Notes under the pieces: generated by a model
Told to the model about the DNA's origin: nothing
The model's database searches: none
The model's input: the letters and a program-made list of their open reading frames with translations, nothing else
Shown: positions 11,438-23,851 of the stretch, in pieces
Layout: the number at the start of each line of letters is the position of its first letter
How positions within the stretch are numbered: position 1 is the stretch's first letter
Program-made: the position numbers and the translations under genes
Source: Hyaloraphidium curvatum SAG 235-1
Lineage: Eukaryota; Fungi; Monoblepharomycota
Length of the DNA: 64,000 nucleotides
Direction of reading: 5' to 3'
NCBI GenBank assembly: GCA_025558095.1
Contig: JAIVFI010000003.1
Location: forward strand, 372,001-436,000

Positions 11438-14400
11438 TCAAGATTTTGGCGGTGGTGGTGGCGCCGGCTTCCCGGACGAGAGAAAGTTCTGCCCCAAGGC
11501 CGCCATCTTTGCGAACGCAGACGTGGTGTTCTGCGCGATGGTCGAAGATGCGGGTTTTGGCGACGGAGGGGGCACGGTGGAGGATGGGGGCTTTGGCGAG
11601 GGAGGAGCACCAGCGGGTGCCGTCGGGCTGACCCCTCCCACGACCGCGCTGGATACCGGGGAGGTCGCCGGTGCCTCCGAACGCGTAGCAGTGTTGCTAC
11701 GGCCCATGTTCATCCAGCTTTTGAAGCCGCTGGGGAAGGAAATTGAGGTCGATTTCTGCGCGGCGCTCGCGAGTTGAGCGGCCGTCGAAACCGAGGAAGT
11801 GAGGGCGCCCTGGAGCACGGCAGTCGCAGCTGCGGTAGCTGCGCTTGCCGCAGATGCGGCGGAGGAGGCCGTAGATCCAGGTGGTATTGGCGGTGGCGGC
11901 GGAGCAGGAGGCGGCGGCGCCGTCGAAGGCGTCACCACGAGTCCCACCGTCCTCCTGTTGAAGGTGTCTATGGCTGGTCCCTGGTTCGGCTTGGGAATGC
12001 CTTTGAGGTCCAGAATTCGCGTAAAGATTGCCGCACTGGCATCCGATCCAAAGAGCAGCAGATACGTCGATACCAAGCCCTCGTGTGGTTCCGCCGGAGT
12101 CATCAGGACCTTGAGCAGCGTTTCGCACTTTGCAACACCCTTTGCCAGGATCTTGGTGTAAACCGCTGGTACCGCCGACTCGCGATCTCCGTCGATGCGT
12201 GGCATGTGTGCAAAGATGCTGTTGACGGCGTTGAGGTCCAAAAGCATCTGCTCGGCACCGACTTCTCCGATGGAGCGGCAGCGGAAGATGGAACCGTAGA
12301 ACTTGGCAAAGACAGATCTTAAGGACGGCATTAGCGAGGGAGGTGGGCGAACCTAGCGAACCTACTCGGCAACCTTGTCGCAGAAGCTGCGGAAGTACTT
12401 GCTTGCCGTGAGCGTTCGCTTGATCATCGGGACGGTCGACTGAACGGCAGATTGGATGACGAAAACGTACTCGGACTGGTCGGCAGTGTTGGTCATGGTG
12501 TTCCAAGGGATCTTGGTGGTCATGATATGCCATGCCGGTTCGATCGCGTTCTCCAAGCCGCGAACCAGAGCTAACATGCAGCCGTTTGCAACGCTGCCCG
12601 CGGAGCCTGAGTGCGGTACGGACAGATTCGTCGTGTATCACTTACTTGAGGAAAATGTCTCGCTCGGTCGACATGTCCACGCTGTCCCTGAAGTTGGGGT
12701 CGATCTTCTCCTTCAGCTTGTCCTCCAGCTGGGATATCGTCACGTGGCAATATTCGGCGGTATTGAGAAGAAGACAGATCTCGTGCGCGGACGCCTCATT
12801 CAGCGCGGCACGTTCCTCTCGCGGCAAGCGGCCCGTCAAGAAGTCCGCATACACCCGCAGATACTTGGCAAACACTTTGCATAGGTTAAGGAACGGTTGG
12901 CCAGTCGACATCTTCGAGCAATGGACAAGCGTTTGACGATACGAGTAGAAGAGGTCCGTCGAAGAAGCGAGCACGGAAATGCTCGAGTCGTCGTCCGCCA
13001 CCGGCTTAGCACGATACTGAGCCATCATGTCCGCAAGATTCCGGTCTTCCGCAGCAATGTAATGGTCAAGGTAAGGCTCGAATGCCACAGATATGCGCCG
13101 AGCAAACTTGGCCGGGTAGCTCGGGGCATCCTCGCTGCGCCTGTCCATGGAAACGCGATCCGGATCCTTCCCCGCGAATCGCCGGTCCAGCTTGTTCTCA
13201 AAGTCGATGGTTTGCTGCAGCGTCTGAAGCATGAGCTTCACATCCAACGCGCCGCGCTGGTTGTCTTTTGCGAGAACGTCGACGAGGTCCTTCCGGGTAT
13301 CGTCGCAAAACTTCTCGCAGAGAACCTCGGCAACCTTCCAATGCTGCGGAAAAATGGCCGCGTGCTCGTCGTCGTGCGTCTTCAACTCGCGTCGAAGCCA
13401 GGCGTAGCGCCTCGAGGTGTTGTCCAAAGCGGCAACTTCGTCGTTGCCCCGGAAAATAGAGCGGTAGTCCTTCAGCTCCATGTCACAGTACCAGTCAATG
13501 AGCTGGCGCCTACGGATGTGTGAGCACAGTGGACACGGGACACGAGGTGCCCAAACTCACCGTGGGTTGTCCCTCTGGATGACATCCGCCAAAACACAAG
13601 CCTCGTTCAGAATGCCCACAGAATTGCGCAGCGTTGCTTGACTAAGGAAAGCGCCCTCAAACTCGTTCAGAATCCTCTTCTTCAAGTCCGACTGAATATT
13701 GTCGACCTGTTCAAAGACATCCTGGACGAACTTGATTGTGCGATACGAGGCAAAATGGGAGAGGAGTTGCAGAATAGCCTGCAACAACTGCGCAGTCTCG
13801 CGATACTGACGCTTGCTCGTCATCACGGCCAGCTGTCCCACGGCAGAAACTGGGCGAAGGTTAGCTGCCACGGCAGATCCTCGGCCATGTGGACCGTACC
13901 GAGCATCTGGAGCCTTCGCAGCATGGTTATGGACGACGTGAGATTGCGCTTGGCATAGTCCAGAGACTTGATGTCCTTTGTAATCTCCTGCACCATGTCC
14001 TCCGACTGCGTGGCGCGTTCCTTGATCCTTTTTATCCGGGCGTGCAAGGTCTCGATCGCCTGCTTCACTTCCCGGAGCTCCTCCACGGCTCCGGCGCCGG
14101 CTTCCGTCTGCGTCCGCACGAGCTCACGGATCTCCTCGTCGAGCTTCTTGACCTTCGTCCGTAGTTGAGCCAGGATCCTGTCCAGGTGTGCCAGAGACTG
14201 CTCGTTCGGAAACGCGGTGTTGATGTAATCCACGGCGTTGAACGACGACGAATCCACGCCGATCGCGTCGTCTGATTCGCCCAGGATTTTGTCAATCGCG
14301 TCCTCGAGGTCCGCGGGCAGCTTTGCCAGGGAGTCGCGTCTCTCCGGAACGAGAAGATCCACGGGTCCCTGCTCCGGGAAGCCATTGACCCCCTTCCGGG

Positions 14401-14497
14401 TCGCAGACGACGGAGATGGCAAGGAAGGCGATCCGGGAGCGTCGTGCTTCGCGCCATTGGGCACTTGGAGCCCCGCAGACGCGCCGGGTTCAGACAT
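11438..14497 (-). CDS. VPS53: GARP/EARP complex subunit Vps53 (multi-exon)
   Basis: FNAVDYINTAFPNEQSL, ITKDIKSLDYAKRNLTSSITMLRRLQML, LDNTSRRYAWLRR, LLNTAEYC, DQSEYV, GAEQMLLD. Confidence 0.95.
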
Positions 14498-14824
14498 CGC
14501 GGAGCTTCCACGCGTTCCCGAGGTTCACGGCTCCCGAGCCGGCATGGAGCCACGACGGCCCCACAAACGAGCGGAACTATGATCCAGACCCGTGCCACTG
14601 CTCTGCGGGCACAGAAAGCTGGGTCACGGGGAAAGGTCGCGGGGTGACATTCCTCGCTGTGTTCCTCACTGCGGGGCACAACTGCCAATCGCACACCCCC
14701 TGGTCCGAACCTCCTTTCCGCATCATCGGCGATCAGATCATCAATTGATCCAGATGTACAGCAGCCTAACATCGCTTTTGTGCGAAGCGCCAGGAAGCCA
14801 TGATCGCGGGCGGCGCACTGCCAT

Positions 14825-16198
14825 TCATCCCCGCGTCAAGAAGGCGTTTTTCGTTGTGTCCGTGTGCGGCAGAGAGACGGTTGTCGGGGGCACGTAAGTG
14901 CCAGTGCCGACGTTGGAAGGAGACCGTGCCGGATTGAGCACGAACCGGAAGAACTCGTACTGCACAAAACGATCAGCATGAGGCGGCGCAAGGTTGGTGA
15001 AGGAAGGGAACCCACAATGCTCCAAGAAACCGCCGTGCTCGGCATGTGGGAGAGTATCCGCGGCCTCATCCCACGAGTAAAGCCCTTCAGCCCATCGCGC
15101 TCGTAGATGATCTTCGCCGCGGTCCACAGCCCGGAGGCATTCCGAATGACGGGGTCGGTGGACGTGCCCCGGGTTTGCAGCAACGTCTTTGTCACGTCCA
15201 GAGGCTGACGCACAAAACTAAGTACGCAAACGCGTAGGCGACGTCGACGAGACCTACATTCGTGAGCAAGGAAGCCAACCCGCCCGCGACCGCGCCCGAG
15301 GTGACGTGTGTCAGAGGGTTGTAGCCCCCCTGAGGATTAAGCATTTGCCGAAAGTGCTCGTACGTAGTAAACTGGATGGATTGGAAGGGTATCGACATCA
15401 TGAGGGTGGTGGGGTATGAGACGTAGAGCGCCTTGATGCCCTCTGCCCGAACGATTTTCGACGCGCAGTCGAACACGCCGCGGTAGCTGGAGCCGTACAG
15501 CTGCATTCTTTGCTTGACGACTGGCAAAAAACACGCCGAATAAGCGAAAGATCACAGCTGAGCCGGCGCCGTCCCAACCGTCGAACGGGTTCATGAACGC
15601 GTCGTGTGCGATGACCGCACAGGCACCAGAAGCCGCGTGCTTCGCGTGGCTGGAGCCCGTTGCTCCGAACCAACGGTCAAACAAGCGGGCGTTGTGGAAC
15701 GTATCCTTGCAATGTTCGTAGGTAGCAAAGTAGATGGCATGGGCCGGTCCCGCGCCGAGGACCACCGATCCAACCCCCCTCCACAGCGACATGAAGCCCT
15801 CCGTCGTCAGAATTCGCGAGAGCGCGTTTGACATGGAGCTGTAGATCGCCTGCGGCGATGGGTTGAGGACCTGCATGCGCGTCTTGACCGCGTCCAGGGG
15901 AAACATGACGGAGTGCTCCAAAACTGTCGAAACCGAACCAAGCGAGGGCGCAGCGAAACGAGTTAGGGGTTCCGACCCTTTCAGAAAGGGCACAGAGAGG
16001 GGAGAAACCCACTGCCTGCGAGGGCGCCCGCCGTCATGTTGACCGCCACGCTCGCGTTCGGCAGCGACTCGTAATCATCCTCCGCATCGTCCGGGTCCGA
16101 ACTGTGATGATGCGCTGAGAAAACGCGGTTCCAGCGGGACATCGACCGCAGCGGTCAGCAGGGGACCCGGGAGATCAGGCGCCGGGGCGCTCACCCAT
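14825..16198 (-). CDS. MRS3: Mitochondrial iron carrier (mitoferrin, Mrs3/Mrs4), multi-exon
   Basis: Three carrier repeats (MFPLDAVKTRMQ, MNPFD.VKQRMQ, PLDVTKTLLQ) with LGAGPAHAIYF and SYPTTLMMSIPF. The first exon is only ATG-G before a GTGAGC donor. Confidence 0.92.
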
Positions 16199-16672
16199 TG
16201 CTACCGGCTCAGACTCCCGGAACGCAGAAAGGTTCCGAATCTGAGAATGCCGCAACAGCGGCGCCGCTGCAGCCGGGCTCGGGAGCGTAGTCGCCACGAT
16301 TGCCGGTCTCCGAAAGAGCTTTGCGGCCAGGAAAACTCGGAAGCTGCGTTCCTCCGGGTCTCCCTCCTAGCGCCGGAGTCGACACAGCATGGGCGGTTGT
16401 GGCCTCTTTCCCTCGTCAAGGTGAGGCTTTTGATGGCCTCCGGCCCCTGCAAGGCGCCGCGGGCAGGGAGAGAAAGTGTGACCAGATGCTTCTGAGCGAG
16501 ACTGGCTGATCCTTCGAGCTCCACTGTTCTGCCGTCCTGAGCATCGGAATCGAATTGACTACAAAGACAGCCTGAAACTACGTGACACCGTGCAATAGAC
16601 ATTACAGAATCCGCTCTCCGTGGCATGAGAGACGTGCTTCATCCATCCAAGCCGCAGGGACACTCTCCGTCC

Positions 16673-17532
16673 TCACACCAAGCCATCGTCCTCCGAACGC
16701 AGGTACTCCCCGCAATCAGCCTGGTGGAAAACCACTATGGCTGTCGGATCGAGCTTCCGCATGTCGGCAGTCGATCGGGCGGTGACTCCAAATCCCTGGA
16801 AGATGTCCACAGCGTTCAGCTTCTGCAGGCGAACGTGGTCCCAGCGAAACCCACGATGGGGATGTCTGCCATATTGTAGATCACAACGCCCTGGTGCTCG
16901 GGCGTATCGTCCGTTATGCGGCCCAGGTGCGCCTTGAGAACGTGGTTGCCGTAAAGGAAGGGCATCTCGCCGTTCGGTTTCACCCAGACCTTGTACTGCG
17001 GCCAGGTGGAACGATGAGGAAAGATAAGGCATCCCGTAGAAGGTGCGTCCGCACCTTGGCATATCGTGCCAGGTACTCGAGCGCCGTGATCGACAGGTTG
17101 AACTTGCCCGACTTGGTGAACTTGCCGAAGCAGGTCCCGAGGCTCATCAGGTGATCCCGTCCGATGCTGACCGCTCTCCTCATGATCGCCTCGCTGTGGG
17201 GCGGTGGCACAAACAGGTGCAAGGGCGATTCAGTCTTTGCTGGTCGGGAAGGTGCTGGTTTGGCCCACCTGACGTAGTACACCCGGTCTTTCTGCATCCG
17301 GAAACAATACTGCTCATCTGGTCTGTCGATGAGAAGCGCGATATTCTTGCCGATGCTGGTTTCGGGCGAGTTCCGGGCCCCGAGGGCACACGCAGCACGC
17401 CGGGGCAGTGAAGCCGTCAGATCCGTCCGTTCGGGCCAACGAGCCCCCGACGGCCCCGCCGGGTTCCGAAGCTCACTACTTGGCCAGTTTCTCGAACAGC
17501 GTCTTGGTCTCCTCCTCCGTGAGCGGCCTCAT
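16673..17532 (-). CDS. NIP7: 60S ribosome biogenesis protein Nip7 (multi-exon)
   Basis: [54 protein letters not shown]. Confidence 0.96.
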
Positions 17533-17641
17533 CGCGGCTTTGATTGGTTGTTGATTAGGTTGAGGCGTAACCCACCACAAGTTGAATTGGGTGCGCACCC
17601 GTTCCGTCAGTGTCGTCGCCTCACCTCGACTCGAATCGACA
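17533..17641. promoter_or_regulatory. Putative ~109-bp bidirectional promoter between NIP7 and RPL28
   Basis: Divergent ATGs at 17532 and 17642. Perfect 12-bp palindrome GGGTGCGCACCC at 17589-17600 and repeated TGATTGGTTG/TGATTAGGTTG. Confidence 0.5.
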
Positions 17642-18468
<827 letters not shown>

Positions 18469-18560
18469 ACTCTGTACAGATTGAATGGACCTGATCCTCT
18501 ATTCCTGGCGCGGGCGGGCACTTGTCGTCTAGATGTCCGCTCTACTACCATGTCAGTCTA

Positions 18561-19457
18561 TCACGGCAACAAGTCGCCTATCGCGTCGACGACATAGTCT
18601 GCCTGGATTTCATGTGTTTCCCATTCGTGCGCCCGGGTCACGCCCGTGAGGCAGAGCACAGTCCGCAGCCCACCCAGCTTTCCGAACAGGATGTCCGTAT
18701 CCAGCCGGTCACCGACCATGCAGGTCCGGTGCGGATCCAAGTGGAAACGCCGGATGATGGTGTCGAGCATGTTCTGCGAAGGCTTGCCAAGCACAGCGTC
18801 CGGCTGGCGCCCTAGCGAGGTCGTAAGGACAGATAGGAGCGATCCGGTCCCGGGAAAGAGCGCCCCAGCCAGCGGATAGGTGCTGTCGGCGTTCGTGGCC
18901 AGGAACAGGGTGTGGGGGTTGGTCTCGATGTAGCAGAACGCGCGTGCGAGTTTGTAGTAGTTGATGAATCCATCAAACCCAAGCAAGACCGCCCCAATGG
19001 ATGGATCCGGCTGGATCTCGTGCACATCGTCCGCTGATTTGCCATTGTCCTGGTGAGAGCCGATCCAGGAGACGCCGAACGATTCGAGCTCCGCGCAGAT
19101 GCCGTCCATGCCGACCACGTAGACCTTCTTGTCCTCCGGCAGCTTCGCGACGTGCTTCACATAGTACGCCGCGGCGTACGCGCTCGAGAAGATGCTGTCC
19201 TCGTCGGCAGGGAACCCCAGCTTCTTGAACTTGGCGAGATAGCTCTTGCGCGACTTGCTGCTGTTGTTCGAGACGTAGATGATGCGCTTGTTGTTCTCCG
19301 CGAGGAGGTTCAGGAATTCCTTCGCGCCGCGCAGCGGCGTGTCGCTCGACCACAGGACTCCGTCGCAGTCGAACACAAATGTGTCGATGTCGCGAAGCAG
19401 GTTCGCTTTCAGGTCCCCGTCCCCGCTGCCCAGCTTCGTGCCCGTTTTCGTTGCCAT
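18561..19457 (-). CDS. PHO13: HAD-IIA phosphatase (Pho13 / phosphoglycolate phosphatase), intronless
   Basis: FVFDCDGVLW, SNNSSKSR, LATNAD, LGKP, MVGDRLDTDILFG. Confidence 0.93.
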   Translation of the reverse strand: MATKTGTKLGSGDGDLKANLLRDIDTFVFDCDGVLWSSDTPLRGAKEFLNLLAENNKRIIYVSNNSSKSRKSYLAKFKKLGFPADEDSIFSSAYAAAYYVKHVAKLPEDKKVYVVGMDGICAELESFGVSWIGSHQDNGKSADDVHEIQPDPSIGAVLLGFDGFINYYKLARAFCYIETNPHTLFLATNADSTYPLAGALFPGTGSLLSVLTTSLGRQPDAVLGKPSQNMLDTIIRRFHLDPHRTCMVGDRLDTDILFGKLGGLRTVLCLTGVTRAHEWETHEIQADYVVDAIGDLLP

Positions 19458-19610
19458 TTCGCGACACGGTGAAGTCAATTCGTCTTCAATGCGCTCGACT
19501 CGCGTCAGGCAACAGCCGTTGGCCCAGATGGCGACGGCTCGTGTCCACGGAGGAGCCGCGGAGTGACGCGATCATCACTCTCCGCCGCGCACCGCACACG
19601 ACCCCCCAGA

Positions 19611-20455
19611 ATGGCCGCGCAGTGGTCGCCCGAGGACGTCAGCAAGCTCAAGGAGGCGAGCATTGAGGCGCGGGCGCGTGGAAGTTCGTCGCTGACTCCT
19701 GCGCTCCGATTGCATCGTCGCGGGCGCGCGGGGCTGGGCTTTTCGCACCGTGCCCGCACCGTCATCCTCGACCCCGCGCGCCGCGACGGTCGTCGCTGGC
19801 TCCTGCGCTCGCTTCTGTGTTGTCACGGCGTCGTTTGATGGGCTTTTCGCACCGGCATCGAACGTTTGGCCGCGCGCAACCACCCGATCCGCGCATCGCT
19901 CCGCCAGACTCTCGACAATGCGCCGAGCTTCTGCGCATCGCAGTGCCTCGCTCCCTGGAGCCTGGGCAAGGGAAAGCCGCTCCCGACCTCCCTTGCGGAG
20001 CTGCTCGCGCGCCGCCTGGTTGAAACGGCCCGCGACCAATGGGGACACGATCTGGACGACACGCGCACGAAGCTGATCGAGGTCGCGCGCCGCAAGCGCA
20101 AGGCGAAGGTGCTCGACGACGAATCGGATGCTCATGCAAAGCGAGCGAGGCTCCCGTCTCCCGACACCGAGGGGTAACGTCGAACATGCGACCGCCCGAT
20201 CGGAGGCACCGCTCACAGGGGCATTCCAGACTCCAGGCCTTGTCGCTCGAGACCATCGATCGCAAGCCTGCCAAGCCGATGGCGCAGCCAGATGACAAGG
20301 CAAACCAGACGGGCGACAAGAGCGTGCGTCGGATCCTGTTCCCCGTGCCGCCGAGCAGGTTGAAGAACCGCACTGTCCACGACGACTTCATGGTCGTGCC
20401 TACCGGAGACGACGGAGTGGACAGCGAAGAAGAGGACAGCTTTGGGTCGGCTTGA
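19611..20455 (+). CDS. Hypothetical protein (3 exons, first intron probably GC-AG)
   Basis: MAAQWSPEDVSKLKE | TLDNAPSFC...SPDTEG | LQALSLETIDRKP...; frames join via introns 19656-19907 and ~20174-20228. Basic NLS-like RRKRK. Confidence 0.55.
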
Positions 20456-20538
20456 GTTCTTTGACATACTTTATCATCCAGCGCTAATGTATTCAGCACA
20501 ACCGTGACGAGGGCAAATACCATGTGTGCAGCCCGCAA

Positions 20539-23500
20539 TCAACCCCTCGCAATTGGAACTACCTCGCTGTCCTCGCAGTAGAAGATGAGCAGAAACTTGC
20601 CGGCCCGCGGCTCCCACGTCGAGACGACTCCGACGTAGCTCCCGGCATCCAGGGAGACGGTGGGGGTCGACACGCCCTGCAGCCAGTTGCTGTATGCCCC
20701 GGATCCCGCCACCTCGTCGCCGATGGGATCCTCGCCCGACGAACGAAAGATGGCGACATTGAGCGCCGGCAGGGGATCCATCCCGACCGCCTGCAAACGT
20801 AACCGTACCCGTGTCCGTCTGTCCAGCACAAAGAGGTACGACGGGTTGCTGGCAAACATGCGGAAGTGCACACAGCCCACAGCCGTCTTGCCCTCGATCC
20901 ACTCGCCCTCGATCCTCGTCTCCTTCAGCCCGTTCCCCTCCTTAGGAATCTGTCCCATCATGAACTCGGACGTGCAGCCGACGGTGAGGAAGAAGTCGCC
21001 GAGGAGCCCGGGCTCGTACGTCGAAACCACCACGACGTAGTCCCCCGCGGGGACCTGCTCCCGCGCATAGACGAATCCGTGCCGATAGTCTCCGCTGCTG
21101 GCCACCACGCCGTCTGCGGCCACGCTGGACACTCGGCGGCTGCCGCGTACCAGCTTGATGTTGACCGCAAACGTCCGGGGAGCCTCCAGCATCGCAAAGA
21201 GTTGCACCTGCTTGTCCGGCCCGCCGGGTATGGACACGCGGTACTGCGGGTTCGTGTAGAACGAAGCGTACGACATGCATCCACCGGCGGATTCCGCGGT
21301 CCAGCTTCCGTTGCTGCGGTGCTCGTGCGGGTATCCTTTCGGTATCTCGGCGAAGAGAAGCGGTGGGTACGAAAATGCCCGAACCGTGAAGGACAGCGAA
21401 CGCCGGATCTCGTGCTGCGAAACGACCAAGGTATAAGAATGCGGCGTGTCGGGTGCCGTGAAGCGGATGAGGACGTGGGGGCTGAAGGCGAAAACGTTAG
21501 CGGCGAACCGGTTGCTTGAAGTCACGACTCGCCTGTTTATATAGACTCCCTGGATCATGGCGTTGGAGGGGTAGTAGATGCGCTGCCCGTCGGTGCTGTC
21601 GTAGAGGTGCAGCGTGATGTAGTCCAGATTCTCTTCCTTCTCGACCACGTGCTTGCTCAGGAGCAGCCACACCTCGCCTTCTCCACCCGTGGAAATCGAA
21701 AACTGGGGATTGCCGCCCAAGCTGTACACGTCCCGCTTAGGGCCATCCCCCGCTTCCCACTTGACGTGGACGGTGTGCCGATTCGGGAACATTTCGGGGT
21801 CCCAGTTCACGTGCACAGAGTCAAAACTCGCGACAAGCGAGGCGAAATCGATCCAAAAAGTGCCGTCGTCCTCCCGCGACGCGCCGGGCTCGTAGTTCAG
21901 CTTGCGCCGCAGTTCGGGCGTCCAAGAATCCACATCGAGGTGCGAGAAACGCCCACGCCAGCGTTTCCGCCTCCACGGGTTCTTTACAAGAAGAAGCCTC
22001 TCGCCCGCTTCCTCGCGGACGTCCAAAACCGCGTAGGCATGGTTTGGGACCAGGCCCGTCGCAGCGTCACAGGCCGCCGTCGCCGCCGTTACCAGGGCCC
22101 GGCCCGTGGCGTGGCCTGACAGCATCCGGCGCCAAAGAGCGTCCACATCGATGTCGTCGACATGGAGATACACCTCCTCCGGAATCCAGCCCGTCAGACC
22201 GTAGACGTCGACGCTGGCACCGCCTCCCGGGTAGTCGTACCCGCCGTTGGCTTTCATCCAGGCCTTTTCCAGGAGGCTGACCCACAAAACGCCCGGAGCA
22301 TATGTGAACAGGGGCTGTCCCGAGGATGTGAAAGGCAGGAGATCGTCGATGAGGAGGGATCGCGAAATGCCGTTCAGATGTAGCCGGACGAGGTAGAGTC
22401 CGTGCTGGGAGTACGTCCCTGGGTGCACCAGCGAGGTGATAAGCCGGCGACGCTGGCGCCGCTCCCACGCGGCCGCTGTCACGATGCCGGCAACCACGGA
22501 GCAGTCCATGACGGATTCCTGCCGGATCATTCCCGCAGTGTCCTCGTCCAGATCCCCGACAACGCGCGGCTTTGGCATCCACTCGTCAGGGCGCTTCCAC
22601 GCGCCAAGCTTCTCCTTCTGCTTCGGAGCCAGCGGAAGGAGGCCGTCCGGATCCAAAAAACGGGGCGTTGTGGAGGGAGCGGGCAGGCGCGATGGGTCGT
22701 CCGCAGACCAGGGAAGAACGAGTAGGCCATTGATCCGGCTGGAAGCCCGGAGAATGTCCTTCTCCTCCCTTGTGAGCCCTTGGCCCGCGGGCGGCTGCGG
22801 CGACCGCGAAGGCGAGGGCCTCGGCGCCGGAGGTGGGCTCGTGAGCGAGCGGGAAAAAGGCTGGGGCGACCGCGACTGCTGCCTGGCGGCGTTCGGAGCG
22901 GTCGTGGAGCGCCCCACAAGCCCGGGCGAAGAGGTCCCGCGGGGAGATTGCGGAACGTCGAGGTTCGCAGCTTTTGACGACGGCCGCGGGGAAATCGGGC
23001 TGCGAGCCCGGTCGCTGTTGGCTGAGCCGGGGCTCGGCGGAACCTCGCCCTGCTTGAGGCTTTCGGCGCGATCGAGCAGCTCCGAAACGCGCCTCGAAAG
23101 GACCTTCTTCTCCGCCGGATCCGTGGTAACTTTTAGGCGCCCCAGCATGCCCTCGATCTGCCCCGTCAGCGCGTCCAGGTCATCCTGCGCCGGGTCCGGG
23201 GGACGCAGCCCCGGTGGCGGCCCCTTGGCCTCCCGGGGCGCGGCCTTACCCGTGGACCCGTTCAGGGTGGGCAGAGGCGGTTTCGGTGTTCCCAAAGCCC
23301 TCAGCTCCGCCGCCCGGGCGACGTAAATGTCCCGTTTCTGGGCCACGTAGGCGCGCCGCTTCTCGTCCGGCTCCCGGGCCAGGATCGCGTCGAAGAGGCC
23401 CGCCGTTTGCTCATCTTGGGATCCAGTCCAAGCAGTAAGACGGAAGAATGGGAATGATATAGGAACGGCGGTATGGGACGCGTCGGGCGGGGGGAGGCAC

Positions 23501-23633
23501 CGGTCAGCGCAGGTTCGGAACGAGCCCGCCCGGACCCACAGAGCTCCGCCGCCTCCGGAAGCCCGCGGCCGTCGGCATCGACGGCTCGCGACGCGAGCTC
23601 CAGCGCCGGCCCGTACGCCGCTGGGCCGGCCAT
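20539..23633 (-). CDS. palB: Calpain-7/PalB/Rim13 protease (MIT + CysPc + C2-like domains)
   Basis: MIT-like N-terminus; catalytic triad in QESVMDCS, GLVPNHAYAV and VKNPW; LWVSLLEKAW, NPQF, WTAESAGGC. Confidence 0.92.
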
Positions 23634-23851
23634 TGCGGCCGGCCGTGTCGGAATGCGCTGAGGTCGGACCTTCAGTCAGCCCGCGTCGAAGCAAACACTA
23701 ACTTGCAATTCTCTCGCCCCAGCGAAGCGTCAGGGGCATCAGGGAGGCGTTCAGTTGGCGTCTCGATCTCCATTAAGCCCAGCTTGGTGCGTCTCGGACG
23801 GAAGCTGCCCCACGGAGCCGCCCCGAACCCCTGGTCGCCCGGCCGCCCGCG

